A stretch of DNA of 64,000 bases from Chitinophagales bacterium (lineage in GTDB: Bacteria; Bacteroidota; Bacteroidia; Chitinophagales; JADIYW01), in the NCBI GenBank assembly GCA_044227665.1, contig JBGAWK010000001.1:96793-160792 (forward strand), given 5' to 3'. This document shows positions 18,968 through 30,534 of the stretch, piece after piece (within the stretch, counting starts at the first letter, position 1; each line of letters starts with the position of its first letter). The position numbers were made by a program, and so were the translations under genes. Under the pieces are notes generated by a model. It was not told where the DNA came from. It saw nothing but the letters and a program-made list of their open reading frames with translations, and did no database searches.

Positions 18968-20161
18968 TCAAAAACTTATAGGAAATCCACCATAATTTTC
19001 CATAAAGGTGCTTTTGCTCATCTTTTTACCTATGGGAGCATATACGCCTATATGATTTTGGGCATACATGCTTTCCGGATTTAGAATAGTTCCGATGCTA
19101 AGATTGGAAAGAAAATCGGGAATTTTTTCCATAGAATTTTCATAATCTGCTCGCGTTGCCAAGTTCCTATAGATAATAAATCCCCTACTGCCCATCTCAG
19201 GCTTCCATTCCATAAAGTTTATACCTTCAGCTTTGCTTCTAATCTCGGGGCCATCGGCAGCGATTACAATATTTACATAACCGTCGGAGGATGCCTTTAA
19301 TAGCTTGTGGTCTGCAAGGGTATTAAAATTATATGTGCTGCTATTGCTCAGGCTGATAGAATAATAGCGCACATCCGCTCCAGAAAAAGCATCTCTACTA
19401 GTAGGAAATTGCGGAGGTTTGAAGCGCATCACTACCACCTGATTATTTGCTAAAGTTACTGGAGCAAATACATAGTTGTTGTCTTTATTGGGATAAAGCC
19501 CTAATCCCGCAAAGCGCAAAAAATTTACCTGATAGGGTTCTTCATATAAAAACACTAAATCCAATAGTTTCTGTATTCTTTGCAACACTTCGGAATTATC
19601 TTCAAAAGATATGGCTATAGGTCTAGGAGGACTTGTGCTTTTGCCGGTGGCAATATCAAATGCTTCTATGGTAGGCAGTGTGACACCGGCATAGTTATCG
19701 CCTTCCGGTAAATAATACCGCAACATAATGCCTATATTGCGAACTCGGGCATCATATTTCATCACATTTTCAGCGGAATAATCTACATCATCGGGAACGA
19801 TATCTAGGACATATTCCCCTTGATTTTCGTTGCGATAGGGGTTGCCTCCTAACGAAGGAACAATGGCGGTATCTATAAGGCTGGCTATGCTGCTTCGTGT
19901 ATTGTTGTCATAGATATTATAACTCATATACCGTGCATTGCCATAGGATGCACGTAGGCGTATGCCTGTTTTTTCACTCGGCGTTCTATTAAAAGAATAC
20001 ATGAAATAATTGACGTTGGCATCGGGGAGGTATAATAGGTCGGTTCTGCTTCCTATATTCTCATACCAATAATTCATAAGAGTAGGGGGTGTGTCATCTT
20101 TTTTACAAGCACAAAGAAAAAAGAAGGGGAGGGCTATAATATATTTATACATATAAAGCAT
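18968..20161 (-). CDS. Hypothetical lipoprotein
   Basis: 397 aa. Lipoprotein signal (IIALPFFFLCACKKDD). No family recognised. Confidence 0.5.
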   Translation of the reverse strand: MLYMYKYIIALPFFFLCACKKDDTPPTLMNYWYENIGSRTDLLYLPDANVNYFMYSFNRTPSEKTGIRLRASYGNARYMSYNIYDNNTRSSIASLIDTAIVPSLGGNPYRNENQGEYVLDIVPDDVDYSAENVMKYDARVRNIGIMLRYYLPEGDNYAGVTLPTIEAFDIATGKSTSPPRPIAISFEDNSEVLQRIQKLLDLVFLYEEPYQVNFLRFAGLGLYPNKDNNYVFAPVTLANNQVVVMRFKPPQFPTSRDAFSGADVRYYSISLSNSSTYNFNTLADHKLLKASSDGYVNIVIAADGPEIRSKAEGINFMEWKPEMGSRGFIIYRNLATRADYENSMEKIPDFLSNLSIGTILNPESMYAQNHIGVYAPIGKKMSKSTFMENYGGFPISF

Positions 20162-20173
20162 CTTTTATTCATC

Positions 20174-20181
20174 CAAATTTA
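20174..20181 (-). promoter_or_regulatory. -7 promoter box (TAaaTTTG on the minus strand)
   Basis: The plus strand reads caaattta, 13 nt upstream of the ATG at 20161. Confidence 0.3.
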
Positions 20182-20228
20182 ATGATAGAAAATAGAGTAA
20201 GCAATAGTATCTTAGGATTTTAATTTAT

Positions 20229-21623
20229 ATGGTAAAAATAAATACATTCGACATCGGTATTCTTGGAAGAATGGATGCTACAGATATGGCGGAGTGCATC
20301 AAAAACAAGGACATTACCTCGCAAGAGGCGGTAGCATGTAGTATCACTAGGGCTGAAAAGATGCAACCGCTTATCAATGCTGTAGTAAGCGAACGCTATG
20401 ATAACGCTGCAACGGAAAGTAAAAAGCCACACAAAGGTATTTTTGGAGGAGTGCCTTCCTATATAAAAGATTTGAATGATTACGCAGGTCTCCCTACTTT
20501 TAAAGGAAGTGCAGGCGTGACAGATTATATTCCAAAAAAACACGATGCTATCGTAAATCAAATATTACATAATGGCATGGTGGTTCTAGGGAAGAGTGCT
20601 ACGTCTGAATATGGGCTGCTCCCGTGTGGCGAAACACTACAGCATGGAGAGACGCGCAACCCTTGGAATACAGAATATTCTACCGGGGGGTCTTCGGCAG
20701 GAGCGGCGGCATTGGTAGCCTCGGGAGTAGTGCCTATAGCTCACGCAAGTGACGGCGGCGGCTCCATACGCATTCCCGCATCATGTAATGGCTTAGTAGG
20801 ACTCAAGCCTTCGCGAAAGAGAATTATCACCTCGATGTCGGCAAAAGCACCCATAGATATTGCTACAGACAATTGTGTGTCCAGAACAGTAAGAGATACA
20901 GCCAACTTCATCTATGATATGGAGTGTGCCTATTATAACCCCAAGTTGCCCAAGATTGGCAAAGTAGTGTCGCCAAACAGCAAAAGGCTGAAAATTGCTG
21001 TGTTTACTGATACGCCGTCAGGCGTGGAGAGTCATCCTGCCAATAAAAAAGCGGTTCTTGATACTGCGCAGATATGTAAGGATGCCAATCATGAGATACA
21101 CTATATCAATAATCCTACGCCTCATGAGTTTATGAAGGACTTCATCGTTTATTATTCTATGCTCTCCTTGGGGAATACCTTTATGGAATATTCTTCTTTA
21201 GGTTTCAGATTCAATCATTTCAAGCTCACTAAGTTTGCTAAAGATTTGGCTTCCTTATTTCCACTTTTGGCATTGAGGGCACCATTAGCATTTAAGCGAC
21301 TTAAAGAGTCGCCGTATTGGTATGAAGATATTTTCAAAAAGTATGATGTATTGATAAGTCCGGTATTGTCACACCCAGCGCCTAAAATAGGATATTTCGG
21401 CACTGCGGTGGACTCGCTAGAGCAGTTGTTGCGTCTTAATAATTATGTGAACTTTACGCCTATACAGAATATTGTAGGAGCGCCAGCCATTTCTTTGCCT
21501 ATGGGCATTAGTGAGGACGGAATACCTGTGGGTGTGCAACTTGCAACAAAATATGGCAATGACAAAACTTTATTAGAACTAGCCTTTGAAATAGAAGAAA
21601 CAGGCACGTTTATTCAAATGTGA
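20229..21623 (+). CDS. Amidase-signature (AS) family amidase
   Basis: 464 aa. GGSSAGAAALVASG and SDGGGSIRIPAS are the AS-family Ser-cisSer-Lys region. Confidence 0.85.
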   Translation: MVKINTFDIGILGRMDATDMAECIKNKDITSQEAVACSITRAEKMQPLINAVVSERYDNAATESKKPHKGIFGGVPSYIKDLNDYAGLPTFKGSAGVTDYIPKKHDAIVNQILHNGMVVLGKSATSEYGLLPCGETLQHGETRNPWNTEYSTGGSSAGAAALVASGVVPIAHASDGGGSIRIPASCNGLVGLKPSRKRIITSMSAKAPIDIATDNCVSRTVRDTANFIYDMECAYYNPKLPKIGKVVSPNSKRLKIAVFTDTPSGVESHPANKKAVLDTAQICKDANHEIHYINNPTPHEFMKDFIVYYSMLSLGNTFMEYSSLGFRFNHFKLTKFAKDLASLFPLLALRAPLAFKRLKESPYWYEDIFKKYDVLISPVLSHPAPKIGYFGTAVDSLEQLLRLNNYVNFTPIQNIVGAPAISLPMGISEDGIPVGVQLATKYGNDKTLLELAFEIEETGTFIQM

Positions 21624-21740
21624 CCCATTTCTTTTCGCCGAAATAATTGATAATCATCTCTTCAAAAACTATTATCTAAACATTATAAATTTTTAGCGCA
21701 GCTACAGGTGTTGTAAATAATAATCATTTTTAATGCATAA

Positions 21741-23783
<2,043 letters not shown>

Positions 23784-23788
23784 GCGCA

Positions 23789-24499
23789 TTATACTATAAG
23801 TATCTCATGTAGTATTTCTATAGACTGAATAGTGCCAAACCCTGCAACATGTATGTAGAAGTAGTCTAAGAGGTATTGTAATAAAATTTTGCGTTGCGCA
23901 AAATTTATAGAGGCGTCTTTCTGCGCTAGGAGTAATCGCAAGTTTTTTGAGGAAGTAAGGTCTAGGGTGTGAATACCATCAGGCTGACTGACGTATATGC
24001 CTTCTTGTAAGTGGAAGTAATCTCCCGGGGTATCTGCATGTGGCAAAAAACCCAATAATAATGCGAGACCCAAGAGATAGCGATGGGGAGCAAGAGGCAA
24101 GTCCACAGAGGAAATTGTGCTGTCTAGTTTCTCATATTCATATTGTATAAAATCATAGAGAGGGACATTTACCTCATCTTCATGAATACACTTTGACAAT
24201 ACTTCTAAGTAAAAGATGGCTATAGATTTTTTAGTGAAATCAGTAAGAAGATGGTAATGGATGAGGCTGAGCTTGTATTCCTTGATGTGTAAGAGTTTCT
24301 TTGTATGCTGATAATAATAGTCTAAAGACAAAAAATGTGTAGGCTGTACAATATTACCTAGAGCCGCCTTTTTATTGCTTCTCACTCCCGGCAGTATAAA
24401 ACTCAATAGACCATGGTTGCGAGTAAAGATTTTAGCAATCAGAGTGCTTTCAGAATATTTTATTGTTTTAATTACTAAGCCCTCAGATTTTTCTATCAT
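23789..24499 (-). CDS. recO: DNA repair protein RecO
   Basis: 236 aa. The N-terminal OB-fold sequence MIEKSEGLVIKTIKYSESTLIAKIFTRNHGLLSFILPGVRS is typical of RecO. Confidence 0.8.
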   Translation of the reverse strand: MIEKSEGLVIKTIKYSESTLIAKIFTRNHGLLSFILPGVRSNKKAALGNIVQPTHFLSLDYYYQHTKKLLHIKEYKLSLIHYHLLTDFTKKSIAIFYLEVLSKCIHEDEVNVPLYDFIQYEYEKLDSTISSVDLPLAPHRYLLGLALLLGFLPHADTPGDYFHLQEGIYVSQPDGIHTLDLTSSKNLRLLLAQKDASINFAQRKILLQYLLDYFYIHVAGFGTIQSIEILHEILIV

Positions 24500-24867
24500 G
24501 ATACGCCAAGTTTTATTTGCATTAGTGCTGCGATATTCCTTGCGCGCTGCATTGCCATATCGGCGGTATCACCATTGAATAATCCATATAAGGATGCTTC
24601 AAACCAATATAGCCATCTGTCAAAATGCGCTCTTTCCAACGGGTATTTCTTGTGCAAATCAATATGCACTAGCATGACATTTTTTTTGTAACTATTGGGG
24701 CTGAGAAGGATATTTTCCCAAAAGTCCGTGAGCACAGGCAAATGTTCGGAAAGAGGATGACTAAGATGGTGTTGAAATATTTCTCCCAATATTTCGTCTT
24801 CAAGTAGATGGCTATAAAACACCTCCATGAACTTTTCGATGTCTTCTCTTTTTGTAATGTCCTCCAT
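24496..24867 (-). CDS. Truncated (2-on-2) hemoglobin family protein
   Basis: 123 aa. The FYSHLLEDEILGEIF...LTDFWENILL...H pattern is that of group II/III truncated globins. It overlaps the recO start by 4 nt. Confidence 0.65.
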   Translation of the reverse strand: MEDITKREDIEKFMEVFYSHLLEDEILGEIFQHHLSHPLSEHLPVLTDFWENILLSPNSYKKNVMLVHIDLHKKYPLERAHFDRWLYWFEASLYGLFNGDTADMAMQRARNIAALMQIKLGVS

Positions 24868-24879
24868 GAAAATTATATA

Positions 24880-27189
24880 CTATCTTCTCACAATTAGGAC
24901 TTTTACCGTCTTATGGTCTTTTTTTTCTTCCCCCTGTGCGGTGATGTAATATACGCCGGTAGCTACCGTATCATCATCAAAATCTTTCATATCCCAAATA
25001 ATCTGTCCGCCCGTTACTGTAGTCTTAAAGACCAGCCTGCCACCACTATCTGTGATATTTACTGCGGCATTATTGGGCATGTTTCTGATAGCAAGAAGAC
25101 CATCATAGTCTGGAGGCACAGGATTGGGATATGCATAAGGCGCATCAGAATTCTCATCGGTGATGGTAGCCTCACCTCTATAGCTGCTGATGCCTCTGTC
25201 CGTAATAAAAAAGACTTCGCCGTCTGAGGGCTGAATGCCTATATATTTGATAGTATTGGATAGCAAGGGAGAATTGTCTTTATTAAAATAATGCAGGGTT
25301 TTTAGCCCGTCAGCACTTACGAGGAAAACGCCGTTATTGGTGCCTATCCACTTTCTGTTAGCGGCATCTACGGTAAGGCAGGTGATGATTTCATCTTCCA
25401 AAAGGTTGTCACAGTTTCTAGTGCCATCATTGCGTGGAATACATATTTGTGTTGCGTCACATTGCCTGTCTAGCGCATATTCTGTACAGGTGATTACGGC
25501 GATACCCTCAGAAGTCCCCACCCAAATATCTCCTTCTGTATCTGCGGATAGGCACCATGTAGAGTTCGTAGGCAGTCCTCCTAGTCCCGGAATGTTGTTA
25601 AAAAGTATATATTGGTCGTCGCTTTTGTCTTCCAAAGTATTACCATAATTGAACATTGCCATACCTCCATCTATTATCGTCACCCATATTTGCCCGGTTT
25701 TGTCTATGGTGATGTCATTCAAAGGCTTGCCGTTGATTTGAAAATTTGAAAAATATACATATTTGCCGTCAGCCTTGCGGCAGATAATAGGGATATTAGA
25801 AAATGAATTGGCAATCCATACGTTGCCACCGGCATCTGTGACCATGCCTGATACCCTATAATTAGAACTTGCGCCTTCGGGTCTGTCATGCCGAAGTATA
25901 GACCAGTCTTGTGTAGAGACCTCCAAGAGACCGTAATTGTGCGCCCCTATTAAAAGCCTATCTTTGGACAGGGGCTCTGCTACAGAGGGGTCTGTAATAT
26001 CTACTAGAGATGCAGTATTAGTGGCATTAATATTACCCCACATTCCGCCATCATAGACATACCATCCAGCACGTGAGCCAGGAGGGCTAAGGCTACGGGT
26101 AATGCCAGAACCCATGATATACATCTTGCTGTCGTTTGCTATGGCATAAGAGCCGGAAATATCATAAGGGCCATTTGGATAATACTTTGAAATAGCTCCA
26201 TTGCTGAGCTTGTTGAGTCCTGTATAAATATCGGCATACCAAATGTCAGCATTTTTATCTATGACAATATTTTCTGGTATCTGAATGTATATCGGGTTGT
26301 CAAAATACTCAAAAGCCATGTTGCCGTTTTTTAGTGCTATCCTTTTGTCGGTAACATTTCCAGAAGCGTCCTTTTTCTGAAAAGTTGCAGCAAGCATATT
26401 ATTTTCTGCATTTATATCAGAACACACCCATGAGGTGTGACGCTCTAAAACATTCCATTGGAATTCATCATATTGATAGATAGCATCTCTAGCAACAGAG
26501 GCAGTCCATTTACCCTGATAGAGGCATATAGAGGTGACATTTCCCGACGGCAAACCGTCTATACCTGATAATAAGTTCCAGTTAGAAAAACTTAGTAAGT
26601 TCCTGTTCTTGTCACCCTTGTAGAGACCGTTTTCTGTGGCTGCAATAATTTGTGTGTCGTCAGCATATATGGCATTGGTGGCAAGGTATCCTGAGGGCAT
26701 GGTAAAGAAGTAACTGTCTCCCATTTCTTTTTTCTGTAGGTTCACGCTTACTACACCAAACCCTGTGGCTAAATAGGCCATTCCTTTATGACAATATATT
26801 TGACGAACTTCCTTGTCGGCAGTAATAGGGGCATTTTTATATGCGATAATATTATAAATTTTTCCGTTTTGCAGAATGTCAATATTTGCATTGGAATAGC
26901 AAATAATCAATACGGAAAGTGTGGTGTCGTATCCTATAGCAGCGACTCCTACATCATTCAATCCCGAAGACTTTGTGTAGGTCTTGATGGAATTATCACT
27001 AAGATGTACGGCAAATACCGTCTGTGGCGTAGCACAATAAATATAGTTGTTGCTTTCGCATACATCTACAGCCGTATTATATGGCAAGTGCGTGCGCCAA
27101 GTTCCCAATGGAAGCTGTTGAGCAACACAATATGACGATATACACAATAGTATTATGAGTACATACAATAATCTCACGCTTTTCATCAA
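24880..27189 (-). CDS. Two-propeller protein with a T9SS C-terminal domain, PorZ-like
   Basis: 769 aa with a signal peptide. It carries many Reg_prop-like beta-propeller repeats (e.g. GTNNGVFLV, GTSEGIAVI) and a C-terminal sorting domain (AYPNPVPPDYDGLLAIRNMP...GVYYITAQ...KVLIVRR). Size and architecture match PorZ of the type IX secretion system. Confidence 0.55.
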   Translation of the reverse strand: MMKSVRLLYVLIILLCISSYCVAQQLPLGTWRTHLPYNTAVDVCESNNYIYCATPQTVFAVHLSDNSIKTYTKSSGLNDVGVAAIGYDTTLSVLIICYSNANIDILQNGKIYNIIAYKNAPITADKEVRQIYCHKGMAYLATGFGVVSVNLQKKEMGDSYFFTMPSGYLATNAIYADDTQIIAATENGLYKGDKNRNLLSFSNWNLLSGIDGLPSGNVTSICLYQGKWTASVARDAIYQYDEFQWNVLERHTSWVCSDINAENNMLAATFQKKDASGNVTDKRIALKNGNMAFEYFDNPIYIQIPENIVIDKNADIWYADIYTGLNKLSNGAISKYYPNGPYDISGSYAIANDSKMYIMGSGITRSLSPPGSRAGWYVYDGGMWGNINATNTASLVDITDPSVAEPLSKDRLLIGAHNYGLLEVSTQDWSILRHDRPEGASSNYRVSGMVTDAGGNVWIANSFSNIPIICRKADGKYVYFSNFQINGKPLNDITIDKTGQIWVTIIDGGMAMFNYGNTLEDKSDDQYILFNNIPGLGGLPTNSTWCLSADTEGDIWVGTSEGIAVITCTEYALDRQCDATQICIPRNDGTRNCDNLLEDEIITCLTVDAANRKWIGTNNGVFLVSADGLKTLHYFNKDNSPLLSNTIKYIGIQPSDGEVFFITDRGISSYRGEATITDENSDAPYAYPNPVPPDYDGLLAIRNMPNNAAVNITDSGGRLVFKTTVTGGQIIWDMKDFDDDTVATGVYYITAQGEEKKDHKTVKVLIVRR

Positions 27190-27240
27190 TAGGAAATTAA
27201 TATATTGTTTGTAAAGGTGCTAAGGAAATAAGAATCTATA

Positions 27241-28887
27241 TTATTGCTCTATTATCTCTCCTTGCGCACTATACCATTTTTGGTAGTTTTCTTCAAATTT
27301 TTTCTCCAAGACATTTCTTTTTACTTTCAGGGTAGGCGTAAGGAGGTTGTTATCTACTGTCCATTCCTCGTTCATAATTACCATTTTTTTCATCTTCTCA
27401 TGCTTGTCTAGGCGCGAGTTGACGTCTTTCATGGTATCTATGAGACCTTGTTTTACCTCTTCTTTATCGATATTTTTCGCATCTGCAGAAAGCACTATTA
27501 GTGCCATAGTCTGAGGTAAGTTTGCACCTATCACACATACCTGTTCAATATGAGTGTTTTTAGAAAGTTCTAATTCTATAGGTGCGGGAGCAACGTATTT
27601 GCCTTTATCTGTTTTGAAAATATCTTTGACACGCCCTGTAATCTTGAGAAAGCCATCTTTGTCTATCTCTCCTTGGTCTCCTGTCCGTAAGAAACCATCT
27701 TCGGTGAACGACTCTTTAGTTTTTTCTTCTTCTTTGAAATACCCCAGCATATTACAGTCGCTTTTAGTAAGAATCTCTCCTTCTTCGGAGAGGCGTATCT
27801 GTACATTGGGCAGCAGCTGACCCACATATCCGGGTCGTCTATTTTCCAAGCGTGTAAGATGTGAATAAGCACAGTTTTCTGTCATGGCATAAGCCTCGCA
27901 AATACGTATATCCAACATCTCGAACCATTTCATGGCAGCTACAGGCATGGGCGCTGCTCCCGTGAGGACATATTTGGACTTGCCAAGCCCCAGCCCTTCT
28001 TTTATTTTGTTTTTTATTAGCTGGTTGACAAAAGGTATTTTGAGGAGCAGGTGCAATCTTTTCTCTGGCATCTTGGAGAGTATGCCCAACTGGAATTTTG
28101 TCCAGATTCTCGGTACTGCCAAAAATACGGTAGGTTGTGTGTCTTTGAGGTTTGTGGGAAATGTTTCCAACGTCTCTGCGAAGGATATTGTAGCGCCCGT
28201 ATAGAGTCCACCCATCTCTACGAGCATACGCTCGGCAATATGCGACAATGGAAGATATGAGAAAAAGCGTTCATTATCTGACAAGTCTTTGAGGATGCCC
28301 AAGGCATGGGTAGCGGCATAAGAAAATGCATGATAGTTATGAACTACGCCTTTGGGTAATCCAGTAGTTCCCGAAGTATATATGATAGTTATAATATCTT
28401 TAGGAGGGGGTATATGATTGCCTTGCAGCGGCTTGGTCTTTGCCATAATGTCGTCCCAAAAGTTATATCCAGGCTCCGTCCATAGGGGATAAGAGATACA
28501 GTGTACACCATCTGGCACTCCAGACTTTTGTTTCTCCCACGCATCTAACTTGCCTACAAATGCTACCTTAGCTTCGCTGTGTTCTAATACATAGCGTATG
28601 AGGTCGGCAGGGATTGTAGGATATAAAGGGACAGAAATGTGCCCTGACATCATGATGGCTAAGTCACTCATAATCCAGTGTACGCAGTTTTTGGAGATGA
28701 TAGCTATTTTGCTCTGTGGCGGAAGATTCAGCGACTGTAAATAGGAGGCCATCTTGCGTACTTGTGTACACACATCCTGCCAAGAGTAGTCTATCCATCC
28801 ACCTTGATAGGCTTGTCTCAAAAAAATTTCTTTGCTTTTTGATTGCTCAAAATGATATAGTTTCTCTAAGGGTGAAATTACCTGCAT
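27241..28887 (-). CDS. AMP-dependent acyl-CoA synthetase (long-chain-fatty-acid-CoA ligase-like)
   Basis: 548 aa. AMP-binding motif IIYTSGTTGLPKGV, with TGD and K motifs near the C-terminus. Confidence 0.85.
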   Translation of the reverse strand: MQVISPLEKLYHFEQSKSKEIFLRQAYQGGWIDYSWQDVCTQVRKMASYLQSLNLPPQSKIAIISKNCVHWIMSDLAIMMSGHISVPLYPTIPADLIRYVLEHSEAKVAFVGKLDAWEKQKSGVPDGVHCISYPLWTEPGYNFWDDIMAKTKPLQGNHIPPPKDIITIIYTSGTTGLPKGVVHNYHAFSYAATHALGILKDLSDNERFFSYLPLSHIAERMLVEMGGLYTGATISFAETLETFPTNLKDTQPTVFLAVPRIWTKFQLGILSKMPEKRLHLLLKIPFVNQLIKNKIKEGLGLGKSKYVLTGAAPMPVAAMKWFEMLDIRICEAYAMTENCAYSHLTRLENRRPGYVGQLLPNVQIRLSEEGEILTKSDCNMLGYFKEEEKTKESFTEDGFLRTGDQGEIDKDGFLKITGRVKDIFKTDKGKYVAPAPIELELSKNTHIEQVCVIGANLPQTMALIVLSADAKNIDKEEVKQGLIDTMKDVNSRLDKHEKMKKMVIMNEEWTVDNNLLTPTLKVKRNVLEKKFEENYQKWYSAQGEIIEQ

Positions 28888-29042
28888 AATATAATTTTTT
28901 GTTTAAAAATAAGACCTTCTTATTGCAATGTCAAATTTTCTTTGCAGAACAGATAATTTTGTGCTCTCCACAGGATATTTATGACATAGGACGGCCAGAT
29001 ATTATATTAACTTTGGTTAAGCCTACCTTTATTGAATCTATC

Positions 29043-29050
29043 TATATTTG
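29043..29050 (+). promoter_or_regulatory. -7 promoter box TAtaTTTG
   Basis: tatatttg lies 19 nt upstream of the ATG at 29069. Confidence 0.4.
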
Positions 29051-29068
29051 ACTATATAATTCAAAATA

Positions 29069-30526
29069 ATGAAGACGAATACATTTGATGTTATTATCAT
29101 GGGAGCGGGACTTTCTGGCATAGGCGCTGCCTGTCATCTACAAATGAAATGTAAAGACAAATCTTATATCATACTCGAAAATAGACCAACTATGGGAGGT
29201 ACTTGGGACTTGTTTCGCTATCCCGGCATACGTTCGGATTCTGATATGTACACATTAGGGTATAATTTTAAGCCCTGGAATCATCCTAAAGTAATAGCAG
29301 ATGGAGAAACTATTTTGGACTATATAAAAGAGGCGGCACAAGAAAATGATGTGGTTAAAAATATACGGTTCAACACCAAAATCAAGGAAGCTCACTGGAA
29401 TAGTGACACTAAAAGATGGACTATTATTTGTATGGATAATCTGAGCGGCAAAGAATTGCGCTATACAGGTAAATATATTATTTCGTGTATGGGGTATTAC
29501 AATTATGAGAAGGGATATAAGCCTGATTTTCCTGGGGAAGGAGATTTTCAGGGTAAAATTATTCATCCCCAATTATGGCCGGAAGACTTGGATTATAGCA
29601 ATAAGGAGGTGGTAGTAATAGGTAGTGGTGCTACCGCGGTAACTTTAGTTCCAGCTATGACCGATAAGGCAAGGCATGTCACAATGTTACAGCGTTCCCC
29701 AACGTATGTCGCAAGTATTCCGAACAAAAGCTTGTTGCCCGCGAATATTACCAAAAATCTCCCAGAAAAAGTTCGCTATGATGCCAATAGGGCAGCACAA
29801 ATTAGCTTTGCCATTTTTCAATATAACCTTTGTAGGGCACAACCTCAGATGATGAAGAATTTCTTTAAAACACAAATAAAGAAGCAATTGCCTTCGGATT
29901 ATGATGTAGAAAAACACTTTACTCCTAAGTACAATCCTTGGGACGAAAGACTGTGTGCTGTTCCTGATGGCGATATGTTTAAGGCTATTCGTAAGGGAAA
30001 AGTAAGTGTAGAAACAGACCAAATAGAGAAATTTACCAAAGATGGAATTCTTCTCAAGTCTGGTAAAGAATTGAGGGTAGACATCATTGTGACCGCTACA
30101 GGCCTAGAACTACAGATGGTAGGGGGCATACATACTTTTATAGATGGAAAATCCTTAGATCCAGGAAAAGGGCTTATCTATAAAGGAATGATGATCAAAG
30201 ACATTCCTAATTTTGTATTTATTCTGGGGTACACAAATTCCTCATGGACGCTCAAAGCAGATTTGGTATGTGAATATTTTTGCAAATTGATTAATGAAAC
30301 TGAAAAAAGGAAGAAAAGCATTTTTATTCCTACAACGGATGAACATATAGAGCGAGAACCGCTTATAAATATGAATTCCGGGTATATAAAAAGAGCAATA
30401 CAATCAGGAAAAATTCCTCAGCAAGGCAAAACATTTCCTTGGAAGTTGAAACAAAACTATTTAGTAGATGCCTTCGATTTTAAGACCAAGAAGATGGATG
30501 ACGGCATAATGAAGTTTTATGCTTAA
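29069..30526 (+). CDS. Flavin-dependent monooxygenase with the type I Baeyer-Villiger monooxygenase fingerprint
   Basis: 485 aa. FAD site IMGAGLSGIGAA, BVMO fingerprint FxGxxxHxxxWP present as FQGKIIHPQLWP (nt 29546-29581), and NADPH site VIGSGATAV. Confidence 0.8.
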   Translation: MKTNTFDVIIMGAGLSGIGAACHLQMKCKDKSYIILENRPTMGGTWDLFRYPGIRSDSDMYTLGYNFKPWNHPKVIADGETILDYIKEAAQENDVVKNIRFNTKIKEAHWNSDTKRWTIICMDNLSGKELRYTGKYIISCMGYYNYEKGYKPDFPGEGDFQGKIIHPQLWPEDLDYSNKEVVVIGSGATAVTLVPAMTDKARHVTMLQRSPTYVASIPNKSLLPANITKNLPEKVRYDANRAAQISFAIFQYNLCRAQPQMMKNFFKTQIKKQLPSDYDVEKHFTPKYNPWDERLCAVPDGDMFKAIRKGKVSVETDQIEKFTKDGILLKSGKELRVDIIVTATGLELQMVGGIHTFIDGKSLDPGKGLIYKGMMIKDIPNFVFILGYTNSSWTLKADLVCEYFCKLINETEKRKKSIFIPTTDEHIEREPLINMNSGYIKRAIQSGKIPQQGKTFPWKLKQNYLVDAFDFKTKKMDDGIMKFYA

Positions 30527-30534
30527 TTGTGCAG

